DNA of 64,000 bases from Candidatus Latescibacterota bacterium. GTDB taxonomy: Bacteria; Latescibacterota; UBA2968; UBA8231. The position numbers and the translations under genes were made by a program. Each line of letters begins with the position of its first letter. Positions within the stretch are counted from its first letter, which is position 1. This document shows, piece after piece, positions 1 through 8,303 of this stretch. Location: assembly GCA_965206595.1 (NCBI GenBank), contig OZ242214.1:1952001-2016000 (forward strand). The letters run 5' to 3'. The notes under the pieces were generated by a model, which saw only the letters and a program-made list of their open reading frames with translations, was not told the DNA's origin and ran no database searches.

Positions 1-51
1 TACGACCAATCGGTTAACAGCCGACCGCTCTGCCAGCTGAGCTACGCCGGA
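1..51 (-). tRNA. tRNA-Asn(GTT), 3' end cut off by the window edge
   Basis: Minus strand reads TCCGGCG-TA-GCTCAGCTGGCAGAGC-G-GTCGG-CTGTTAA-CCGAT-TGGTC-GTA..., giving acceptor 5' strand, D-arm and anticodon arm with GTT. Confidence 0.93.
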
Positions 52-77
52 AAATCCTTCTCACGTTCTAACAGCTG

Positions 78-106
78 AAATTAGCCCCGACCAATACCAC
101 TGTCAA
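78..106 (-). promoter_or_regulatory. sigma-70-type promoter for tRNA-Asn
   Basis: Minus strand TTGACA-N17-TAATTT, ending about 26 nt upstream of the tRNA 5' end. Confidence 0.7.
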
Positions 107-132
107 TGCGGAGGATTGCTTTTCCGCCTCGT

Positions 133-984
133 TCAGTCTTCGCCGTAGTATTCCTTCAATACCTCGCTGCGGTTGGGGTGCCGCAGCTTCTGCAGAGCCT
201 TCTCTTTTATCTGGCGAACCCGCTCCCGCGTGCGCCCGACATGTCTTCCGATCTCTTCAAGGGTCATCGGTTGCTGTCCATCGAGCCCATAGTACATCCG
301 CAACACGCGAGCCTCCCCATCCGTTAGCGTTTCCATGGCGCTACGGATCTCGTCTTTCAACTTCCCTTCCGACAGGACTTCGTCGCAGGCCGGAAGGGTT
401 TCATCCGGAAGCAGATCACCCAGACAGCGATCCGCTTCGCCATCATCGCATGGGGTTTCCAGCGACACCGGGCGCTGCGCCATCCGCAGCAGCAGATCTA
501 TGCCGTCTGGATTGACATCGAGCTCCGCCGCGATTTCGTCGCTTTCCGGAGGACGCCCGAGCCGTTGCTCCAGCTTGGTCAGCACTTTGTTGACGCGAGT
601 CAACTCCCCGATCCGGTTCAGCGGCAACCGCACGATGCGCGACTGCTCAGCCAGCGCCTGCAGGATCGACTGTCTGATCCACCAGACGGCGTAGGAGATG
701 AACTTGAATCCCTTCGAACCGTCGAAACGCCTGGCAGCCACCATCAGCCCAAGGTTGCCTTCGTTTATCAGGTCGGAAAGCGGCAGCCCGAGATTCTGAT
801 ACTGCTTGGCGACGCTGACGACAAAGCGAAGATTCGCCTGCACCAAGCGAGTGAGTGCTCCTTCGTCCCCATCTTTTATGCGTTTTGCCATCTCGATTTC
901 GTCCTTCGCCGATAGTCCGACCGAGTCTTCGATCTCGTGGAAATACTGATCGACCAAGGTGTCGGTCTGTAGCGTGGAAGCCAT
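133..984 (-). CDS. RNA polymerase sigma factor, RpoD/SigA family (short form, no region 1.1)
   Basis: ANLRFVVSVAKQY, DLINEGNLGL, FKFISYAVWWIRQSI and region 4 TLEEIG...TRERVRQI. ATG at 984 follows a GAAGGGG RBS. Confidence 0.95.
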   Translation of the reverse strand: MASTLQTDTLVDQYFHEIEDSVGLSAKDEIEMAKRIKDGDEGALTRLVQANLRFVVSVAKQYQNLGLPLSDLINEGNLGLMVAARRFDGSKGFKFISYAVWWIRQSILQALAEQSRIVRLPLNRIGELTRVNKVLTKLEQRLGRPPESDEIAAELDVNPDGIDLLLRMAQRPVSLETPCDDGEADRCLGDLLPDETLPACDEVLSEGKLKDEIRSAMETLTDGEARVLRMYYGLDGQQPMTLEEIGRHVGRTRERVRQIKEKALQKLRHPNRSEVLKEYYGED

Positions 985-1071
985 TGGACACGCCCCTTCT
1001 CTCACAGGTGTCGAAATCGCGCTAAGTCCGCCCTGCCGCCTTTTAGGCCACATGAGGCGAACTCTCCGCAC

Positions 1072-1090
1072 TTGGCACCGCCACTGCAAT
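1072..1090 (+). promoter_or_regulatory. putative sigma-54 (-24/-12) promoter
   Basis: TTGGCACCGCCACTGCAAT has GG at 1074-75 and GC at 1086-87 with exact N10 spacing, close to consensus TGGCAC-N5-TTGCA. Confidence 0.5.
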
Positions 1091-1098
1091 ACGGCGGT

Positions 1099-1280
1099 CG
1101 CTGTGCTGTTCGATCTACTCGGGGAGGGGATCGAACACAGGGGAATCTGACGGCTGTCTCAAGGACGGTTCGTCAGCGTGGGGAAAGGCGGATCAACTTC
1201 GCGCGGGGAAGCGCGAAAGGGAGTCGGAACTACAACACCAAGGGGAGTGCGAAAACTACGACAAGGGGTAAACTCCGATC
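1099..1280 (+). ncRNA. candidate structured small RNA or leader (consecutive hairpins, GGA-rich)
   Basis: Three consecutive stem-loops, G-U pairs that work only on the + strand, 10 GGA triplets in 1123-1246, and a start at the predicted +1 of the sigma-54-like promoter. The 3' end is uncertain. Confidence 0.4.
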
Positions 1281-1867
1281 AACCCAGAAAAGCGAATTGC
1301 TGTATAGAGAGATAAGCCGGGGAGTTTTGTCAACCATTGCGATGTGGTTCTGGCCGTCGTCGGGAGATCGCGAACACAGAAGCCGTATCGCCAAGGGCGA
1401 TCGTGTTGCGCATGTCAAATTCCGCCAAAATATAGGATAAGCGTCAGATTTTACAACACTTTTTTATCCGCTTTATTCCCGCCTGTTCGCCTGTCGGGTC
1501 CGGCCTCCGCGGCAGGAACCGCTCCAGCCTCCTGCCTCACCGACCTGCGGGGAGTTTCACACGGATTGCATCGAAGGTCAGGGTGTTTTTCAAACCGTGA
1601 CAGGATGCCTCCATCAGGGGCCAGGAGAGCGCATGAGCGCTGCATTCTCGAAAACCCGGGTGGCGCTGGATTGATTCCCTTCCAGGCAGCCACCGGCATT
1701 TTACATATTGGAAACGAACTGCCAGCGTGGTCCCGTTCAATCATTTGACTGCTTCAAGTTGTATCAGGAAATAGGTCCGCCGGCTCATTCTGTTCGATTA
1801 CAAAAACTCCCAGTATATTCTGCCCCCCTTGGCGAACGCAGGAAACCCCATACCGGAGAGGACCTAC

Positions 1868-2644
1868 TTGAGTAATGTCGAAGGTTGCCCATTCCGTCTC
1901 GATGGCAAGCGCGCCGTAATTACGGGAGGAGGTCGCGGTATCGGCCGCGCCGCGGCCATTGCCCTTGCCCGCTGTGGAGCCGATGTAACCGTGGTCAGCC
2001 GCACGCGCGAGCAGCTGGAAGCTACTATATCCGAGGTTCAAGAGTTCGGAGGAACAGGGGTTGCTCTCGTCGGAGACATCGGCAATCCGGAAAGTGTCGA
2101 CGCCCTCGTTAGAGAACTAGGCAGGAAAGGTGTGGCACCTGACATTTTGGTGAACAACGCCGGGATCAGCCCTGTCGTCAAACATACACAGGAAATCGAG
2201 CGCGAAGAGTTTGCGCAGGTCTTGGAGATCAACCTGAACGGAACCTTTGATCTCCTGCGCAGGCTTGCCCCGGGAATGCTCGAGCGTGGGAGCGGGTCGA
2301 TCATCAACGTAACGTCGATTGCCTCCGAGCGGGCCCTGCCGTTGCTCGCTGCTTACAACGCCAGCAAAGCTGCCCTCGACGGGCTGACTCGAACCATGGC
2401 GGTCGAGTGGGCGCCTTCGGGAGTGCGCGTCAACTCCGTCGCTCCCGCGTACATCGAAACCGAGATGACGGCCGCTATCCGGGAGCGGGAGAAACTCAAG
2501 CGGGCCATTATCCGGCGCACCCCGGTCGGCCGCCTTGGCAAACCCGAGGAGGTGGCTTGGGCGATTGTCTTTCTCGCCTCGGAGGAAGCCAGCTACATCA
2601 CCGGCCACACCTTGTTCGTCGACGGCGGCTGGACCTGCCTTTGA
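1868..2644 (+). CDS. SDR family NAD(P)-dependent oxidoreductase (FabG-like)
   Basis: TGGGRGIG, NNAG, catalytic YNASK, VNSVAP and VDGG motifs. TTG start chosen after a GGAGAGGA RBS. Confidence 0.93.
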   Translation: MSNVEGCPFRLDGKRAVITGGGRGIGRAAAIALARCGADVTVVSRTREQLEATISEVQEFGGTGVALVGDIGNPESVDALVRELGRKGVAPDILVNNAGISPVVKHTQEIEREEFAQVLEINLNGTFDLLRRLAPGMLERGSGSIINVTSIASERALPLLAAYNASKAALDGLTRTMAVEWAPSGVRVNSVAPAYIETEMTAAIREREKLKRAIIRRTPVGRLGKPEEVAWAIVFLASEEASYITGHTLFVDGGWTCL

Positions 2645-2669
2645 CAGTCCCCCCGACGAGCGCGGCCGG

Positions 2670-4115
2670 CTACTCCTTCGAGTCGGCGATTACCTGCAAA
2701 GCCAGCTGCTTGCAACGGCCGATGTCGAAGTCGCGCAGGATCGTGATCTTCTGCGCTTCCAGCGATCCTTCGGCATGGATCGACAGCAGTTCGTTGTAAC
2801 CGCCGAAGTCTGAGGCAGTCAGATCCCGAACGAGGTTGAAAGCCCGCAGGCGGTCCTCTGTCGCTACCCCCCCGGCTCCGCCGAGGAAACGCTCGATGTA
2901 CTCACGGGTATCGGGATTCTCCAGATCCTTCTCCGACGGCCCCGTTACCACCAACCCTCCGGCGATGTCCTGCACCCAGCAGACCGCCTGGTGGTAATTG
3001 CTGGCAAAGTAATACTTGGCCAGGTTGGTCAGGATGATATTCGGCACCGCCAGGCCGTGTTCGGTGATACGGCAATCGAAGGCTGCGGCGCGGCTAAGCC
3101 CTCGCACGGTTTCCGCCCAGGCGATCAGCTTCGTCAGTTTCTCGCGCACGTGACTGGGTTTTTCGATTCCGTTGTACTCCGCCAACAGGGCCGAGGCTCC
3201 GATGAACATGTCGCAAAGGGGTGGCTTGTATGACACCGCGGTGAACCGGTGGAACTCGACGAAGGTGTTGGCCAGGAAACCGGCCGCTTGCCACTCTCCT
3301 TTGAGAAACACGTTCTCGTTGGGTATGAAGACATCGTCGAAAACGGTCAGGGTGTCGACGAGCCGGTGCTGTGAGCTGACCGGGTGGTGAAATCGGCTCG
3401 GCTCGGGAGAGCCGAACGGACTGGCGATAAGTTTGACCCCATCTGCGCCCACCGAAACCGCGAAGGCAACGGCGTACTCTGAGTCCCCCTCGCCGATGGC
3501 GCGCGTGGGAATGACGATGAGATAGTCGACAAAGGGTGAATTGGTGGTGTGAGCCTTGGCTCCGCGCACGACAATGCCGTCGCTGCGCTCTTCGACGATG
3601 TGGACGTAGTAGTCGGGGTGTGCCTGCTGAGAAGGCAACAGGCTGCGGTCGCCCTTGGCATCGGTCTGGGCCACCGCCAGGGCGAGATCCTCCCGTCGGC
3701 ATTTGCGATGAAACGCCGCAACCCGTTCGCCGTAGTTCGTTCCCGCCTTGGAATCGACTACCCTGGTAACGAGATCGAGGGCGAAAAGAGCGTCGGTGCC
3801 GATCTCCTTGATCAGCAGCACCACGCTGCCCCCGAGACGGGTCGAGCGCTCGATCATCTCCCTGCGGTTGAGCAGATCCTCGGTACATGCCGGCTTTTTG
3901 AAATAGCGGCTGCTCAGCTCCCCATCCTCGTCTTCGTACACAAAGAGATCGCGATGGTCGGGATCTTCCGCGAGTCTGTAGTCGAGCGCCACGTGCTCAC
4001 AGCAGATCCCGAGGTCGGGGTGGGTCGTCACGTCATCGACCCGTTCCCCTTTCGAGTAGACCGCTCTCCCGTCCCGAAGGCCGGCCTTGAATTCCTCTTC
4101 CGTGCGCAGTCCCAT
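2670..4115 (-). CDS. 4-hydroxybutyryl-CoA dehydratase / HpaB-family flavoprotein
   Basis: LRDGR.VY..GERVDDVTTHP, AQTDAKGDRS, PDYYVHIVEERSDGIVVRGAKAHT, VFDDVFIP.ENVFL, DIAGG and H.EGS.EAQK are typical of the AbfD/HpaB family. Confidence 0.88.
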   Translation of the reverse strand: MGLRTEEEFKAGLRDGRAVYSKGERVDDVTTHPDLGICCEHVALDYRLAEDPDHRDLFVYEDEDGELSSRYFKKPACTEDLLNRREMIERSTRLGGSVVLLIKEIGTDALFALDLVTRVVDSKAGTNYGERVAAFHRKCRREDLALAVAQTDAKGDRSLLPSQQAHPDYYVHIVEERSDGIVVRGAKAHTTNSPFVDYLIVIPTRAIGEGDSEYAVAFAVSVGADGVKLIASPFGSPEPSRFHHPVSSQHRLVDTLTVFDDVFIPNENVFLKGEWQAAGFLANTFVEFHRFTAVSYKPPLCDMFIGASALLAEYNGIEKPSHVREKLTKLIAWAETVRGLSRAAAFDCRITEHGLAVPNIILTNLAKYYFASNYHQAVCWVQDIAGGLVVTGPSEKDLENPDTREYIERFLGGAGGVATEDRLRAFNLVRDLTASDFGGYNELLSIHAEGSLEAQKITILRDFDIGRCKQLALQVIADSKE

Positions 4116-4180
4116 CGCTCAGAAATCCTCCTTACCCGTTTCGCATATCGATTTCCACGATCCTTCGGCTCTTGGGTTCA

Positions 4181-6493
4181 TCAGTTTCTCAATGGCTTGC
4201 CGGTCTTGAGCATGTGCCGCATGCGCTCCCTTGTTGCAGGCATGCCGCACAGCTCGAGAAAGGTCTCTCGTTCGAGGTCGAGAAAATCCTGCTCGCTCGC
4301 TCCTGTGGGAGTCAGCCCGCGACCACAGACTACCTTGGCAAGGCGCACCCCCACCTCATGATCGTGATGGGTGATCCTTTCGGCATCGCGCTCCGCGACC
4401 AGGACCTGCTGCAGACGCTCCGCTTCTCGATCTCCGGCGGTTTGGATCACCTCCCTGACGGGCGGCTGGTACCCGGAGGCAAGATCGGAGCCGAGACGGA
4501 GAGCTTCGCCGACAATTCCGCCGTCGTTCATGCGCACCCTGTCTTCGGCTTGGACGAGCCCCCATTGCCTGCCCTGGTGGGCATTTTCGCTGAAGCGCCC
4601 GGAGGAAATCGTCTGGAAGGCGCGATCGATTGGCCCGCCGGCGCTCCGGCGGGCCATCTCCTTGCAGCCGCCGGCGCCCGGGATGAGGCCGACCGAGGTC
4701 TCGACCAAGCCGATGCGCAGCTCCGCGGCGACGACGCGTGCCGAAGCCGAGAGACAGAACTCGCACCCACCTCCCAGAGCGAGGCCGCGGGCTGAGGCGA
4801 TCACGGGAAAGGGGGCGAAGCGAACCGCCATGCACGCCTCCTGGAAATCCGCTACGTAGCGTTCCAGCTCGTCCCACCTGCCGGACTCTGCCAGCCCCAT
4901 GATGTAGGAAAGGTCGGCTCCGGCAGAAAAATTGCCGCCGTCTCCGTACAGTACCAGGAAATCCAGCCCCGCCCCTCCAACAGTGCGCTCGACCAGGGTC
5001 AGCGGCGAGGGGCCGATCACGTTCAGCTTTCCGGAGAAAACCAGGACACCCACCCCGCCGAGCCGCACCAGGCGGGCGTTTTCCACTTCGTCTGCAATCT
5101 CCCCGGATGCAAGCAGATCCGCATCGGTCGGGTCGGGAACCGGCGCGGAGCAATGCCCTTCTTCGGAGAGTGAGTACGCCTGCCTCCCACGGTCGGTGCT
5201 TGTATAGAACCCCTTGGCAGAAGACCGCGATATCCCCTCCAGCAGCCCGGGTACGGAGCGGCCGCTCTTCCTGAGATGAGCTGCCAGTCTGTCGGTCCCG
5301 ATCAAGTCGGCGACCTCGAACGGCCCGGCCTCCCAGTTGAATCCCCACCTCATCGCGCGATCGATCCGGTCGACGCCTGCGGCCATTTCCGCGCCGTTTT
5401 CGGCTGCGTAGGCGATGACTTCCGCGAGATGGCCGCGGGCAAAATCCGCCAACTTTCCGCTGCTGTTCATCAACCCCTCGAGGCGGTCCCGAAAGCCGCG
5501 GCGCGAGGCGACCTCCGCTAGCTCTCCCCCGAGGTCCACCTGCCGTCGCGGTCTGTACTGCATGCTGGCGAGATCGAGGACTTCGATTTGCCCTGCTTCA
5601 TTCCTGCGGTAAAACCCGCCCCCGGATTTTTCGCCTAGAAATTCCCCGGCGATCATCGGAGTCAGAAATCCGGGTGCCGCGAAGGTTTCCCGCCCAGGGC
5701 CTTCGGGTAGGTTGTCGTAGGCCGTTGCGGCAACGTCGGCGAGCACGTCGAGCCCGATGATATCGCTGAGTCGCAGGGTTGCGCTGCGCGGCCTTCCGAT
5801 CAGCACCCCGGTCGCTGCATCGACCTCCTCGGGGACCAGGTCCGCCCGCTGCATGCGGTGGAGGGCATCCATGAGCGCGAAGACCCCTATCCTGTTGGCG
5901 ATGAAGTTGGGTGTATCGCGGCACTCGACCACTCCCTTGCCGAGTTCCCGTTCCAGAAAGCGAGTCATCCGCCGCACGACCTCCGTGTCGGTATCCGCCG
6001 CGGGGACGACTTCGACGAGCTTCATGTAGCGAGGCGGATTGAAGAAGTGCACCCCCATGAACAGGCGCCTGAACTCTTCGGAGCGGTCCGTTGACATCCC
6101 GTTGACCGACAGACCGGAAGTGTTGGTGCTGATACACTGAATCACCGCGGAGCCGGCAACGGCGTCGTCGACGCGGGCGAGCAGCTCCCGCTTGGCAGCC
6201 AGGTCTTCGACAATCGCCTCAACGATCCAGTGAGTGGTGCGCAGGGGCTGGAGGTCTTCGAGTGACCGGCAGCGGATGGACCTGGCGATCTCGCTGGAGA
6301 AAAACGCCGCCGGCCTGCTGTTCAGGGCGCTGGCCAACCCCTCCTCTGCCAGACGGGTGGGGTTGCCTTCATCCGGGAGGTCGTAGAGATCGACGCTGAG
6401 ACCTGCGTTGGCGAGAAGCGCTGCAATCCGCGATCCCATCACCCCTGACCCAAGAACCGCCACCCTTGCGAGCGGCTCGTTCCCCGACGCCAT
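4181..6493 (-). CDS. 3-hydroxyacyl-CoA dehydrogenase / enoyl-CoA hydratase fusion (FadN-like)
   Basis: VLGSGVMG, EAIVE, STNTSG, HFFNPPRYMKLVE and DTPNFIANR; C-terminal crotonase FSAGADL, GGGCE, GLIPGAGG; ends in GKPLRN. Confidence 0.93.
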   Translation of the reverse strand: MASGNEPLARVAVLGSGVMGSRIAALLANAGLSVDLYDLPDEGNPTRLAEEGLASALNSRPAAFFSSEIARSIRCRSLEDLQPLRTTHWIVEAIVEDLAAKRELLARVDDAVAGSAVIQCISTNTSGLSVNGMSTDRSEEFRRLFMGVHFFNPPRYMKLVEVVPAADTDTEVVRRMTRFLERELGKGVVECRDTPNFIANRIGVFALMDALHRMQRADLVPEEVDAATGVLIGRPRSATLRLSDIIGLDVLADVAATAYDNLPEGPGRETFAAPGFLTPMIAGEFLGEKSGGGFYRRNEAGQIEVLDLASMQYRPRRQVDLGGELAEVASRRGFRDRLEGLMNSSGKLADFARGHLAEVIAYAAENGAEMAAGVDRIDRAMRWGFNWEAGPFEVADLIGTDRLAAHLRKSGRSVPGLLEGISRSSAKGFYTSTDRGRQAYSLSEEGHCSAPVPDPTDADLLASGEIADEVENARLVRLGGVGVLVFSGKLNVIGPSPLTLVERTVGGAGLDFLVLYGDGGNFSAGADLSYIMGLAESGRWDELERYVADFQEACMAVRFAPFPVIASARGLALGGGCEFCLSASARVVAAELRIGLVETSVGLIPGAGGCKEMARRSAGGPIDRAFQTISSGRFSENAHQGRQWGLVQAEDRVRMNDGGIVGEALRLGSDLASGYQPPVREVIQTAGDREAERLQQVLVAERDAERITHHDHEVGVRLAKVVCGRGLTPTGASEQDFLDLERETFLELCGMPATRERMRHMLKTGKPLRN

Positions 6494-6695
6494 TTCCGCC
6501 TCGCCATAAGTTTTCAATCTCATGCCGACCATTTTGGTCCCAATTCCAGGGAGGAGGGCTTTCTCGAACTCAAGGCAAGACCGGGTCTGGTGCCGTACCA
6601 AACTAGACCGCACGCTCGTTTCCGGGCGGAACGGCGGATTGGCGCCAGAAAAGCCGAAACGCCCAACACGCAACCAGGTCCAGCCAACTGGGGAA

Positions 6696-7031
6696 CTACA
6701 GCCTCTTGAGTAGTCCGGTGGCCTGCAGGTCGCCTGTACCGAGCCATTTCTGCAACCGCACGCGTACCGTCCAGATCGCCAGCGAAGTGACCGCCGCTCC
6801 GACCACCACGAAATACAACCCTTTGCCGACAACCTGGACCAAGGAGCCGGTCGAGACAGTCGTCATCGCAATAACGAGAAGGATGGAGGTCATTATGGTG
6901 ATGGTGAGCCATTTGAGCGCCCGTTGGCACATGACGATCAGGGCGGCACACGTCTCGGGATCGACAGCATCTCCCGACCGTCTCCCCCAGAGAAGCTGAG
7001 GTTTTTCCGCCTTCTTTCTGTTTCTGGCCAT
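6696..7031 (-). CDS. small hypothetical membrane protein (2 TM)
   Basis: ATG 3 nt after the dxr stop; basic N-terminus and two hydrophobic stretches. Confidence 0.65.
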   Translation of the reverse strand: MARNRKKAEKPQLLWGRRSGDAVDPETCAALIVMCQRALKWLTITIMTSILLVIAMTTVSTGSLVQVVGKGLYFVVVGAAVTSLAIWTVRVRLQKWLGTGDLQATGLLKRL

Positions 7032-7034
7032 GAT

Positions 7035-8243
7035 TCAGGTGGTTTGCGTTTTGTCCTCGGTACGGGTGCGCTCATCCACGAGCGCGGAAGCGAGCTCTCT
7101 GGCTTCGCTGTCGGCTTCGAGCACGTCATCGAGCGGCACGACGGTCCCCCAGCCAATCCCGCCACCTGCCTGCTCGCAAACTTCGCGGTTGATCTCGTAA
7201 ATGTCGAGAAAACCGATGCGCCCTTGGAGGAAGGCAGCCACGGCGATTTCGTCAGCGGCGTTGAGGGCCGCGGGTGCGCAACCGCCCGTCCTCCCGGCTT
7301 CGTAACAGAGCCGCAAACAGGGAAACCCGGTCCAATCCGGTTCCTCGAAGTGCAAGGCCCCGACGGCGGTCAGGTCGAGGGGCTCGAGGATGGCCGGTTC
7401 CCGCGCCGGATGGGTCAAGGCGTACTGGATCGGCAGTTTCATGTCGGTCCTGCCGAGGTGGGCGAGCCATGCCCCATCTGCAAACTCCACCATCGAGTGC
7501 ACGACCGATTCCCTGTGGACGAGGACGTCGATTTGGTCGATCTCCACGTCGAATAGCCACGAAGCTTCAATCACCTCGAAACCCTTGTTCATCAAGGTGC
7601 CCGAATCGACGGTGATCTTGCTACCCATCTTCCAGGTGGGATGAGCCAGGGCCTGCTGTGGAGTTACGGACATCATCTGCTCCCGAGTCAGGCCGCGGAA
7701 GGGGCCGCCCGATGCCGTCAGTATCACCCGCTTCAGGCTCTCCTTCGGTTCCCCGTGCAGGCACTGCCATATGGCGCTTGGCTCGCTGTCGATGGGGAGG
7801 ATCTCTCCTCCGTGAGCCCTGGCCGCATCCAAAATGATCCCTCCGGCCATGACAAGCGGCTCCTTGTTGGCCATGGCCACCTTCTTACCTGCGCTGACCG
7901 AGTCGAGAGTCGGCAGCAACCCCGCCGCACCTACCAGCCCGTTTATGACGACATCGACCTCGTCGATGACGGCAATCTCCCTGAGACCGGCGATCCCGGA
8001 GAGCACCGAGATCTCGGACGGCAGGCTCTCCCGCACACGGGTTTCGTCCTTGCCGTCGGCGACGCTGACCCAGCGGGGCCGCCAGACGCGTGCCCGCTCG
8101 ATGAGCTTGTCTACCCGGCGCCCGGCACTCAGGGCGACGACGCGAAACCGATCCCGTCCCAGGCTTTCGATGACGTCGAAGGTCGAGTCCCCTATGGATC
8201 CTGTGCATCCGAGGATGGCTACTGCGGTGGAATCCGGGTTCAT
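7035..8243 (-). CDS. dxr: 1-deoxy-D-xylulose-5-phosphate reductoisomerase
   Basis: LGCTGSIG, ANKE, PIDSE, LTASGGPFR, HPTWKMGSKITVDSGTLMNKGFEVIEA. Confidence 0.97.
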   Translation of the reverse strand: MNPDSTAVAILGCTGSIGDSTFDVIESLGRDRFRVVALSAGRRVDKLIERARVWRPRWVSVADGKDETRVRESLPSEISVLSGIAGLREIAVIDEVDVVINGLVGAAGLLPTLDSVSAGKKVAMANKEPLVMAGGIILDAARAHGGEILPIDSEPSAIWQCLHGEPKESLKRVILTASGGPFRGLTREQMMSVTPQQALAHPTWKMGSKITVDSGTLMNKGFEVIEASWLFDVEIDQIDVLVHRESVVHSMVEFADGAWLAHLGRTDMKLPIQYALTHPAREPAILEPLDLTAVGALHFEEPDWTGFPCLRLCYEAGRTGGCAPAALNAADEIAVAAFLQGRIGFLDIYEINREVCEQAGGGIGWGTVVPLDDVLEADSEARELASALVDERTRTEDKTQTT

Positions 8244-8303
8244 CGCGCGTTGTGGTCGTCCGTGCCGCTTAGAAAAGGACGCTCTCTCTTCCCAGACGCT
8301 CAG

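Noticed and set aside
6494-6832. 113-aa N-terminal extension of the FadN-like ORF
   Set aside because: It overlaps the upstream membrane-protein gene and is not protein-like; the Rossmann motif begins right after the ATG at 6493.
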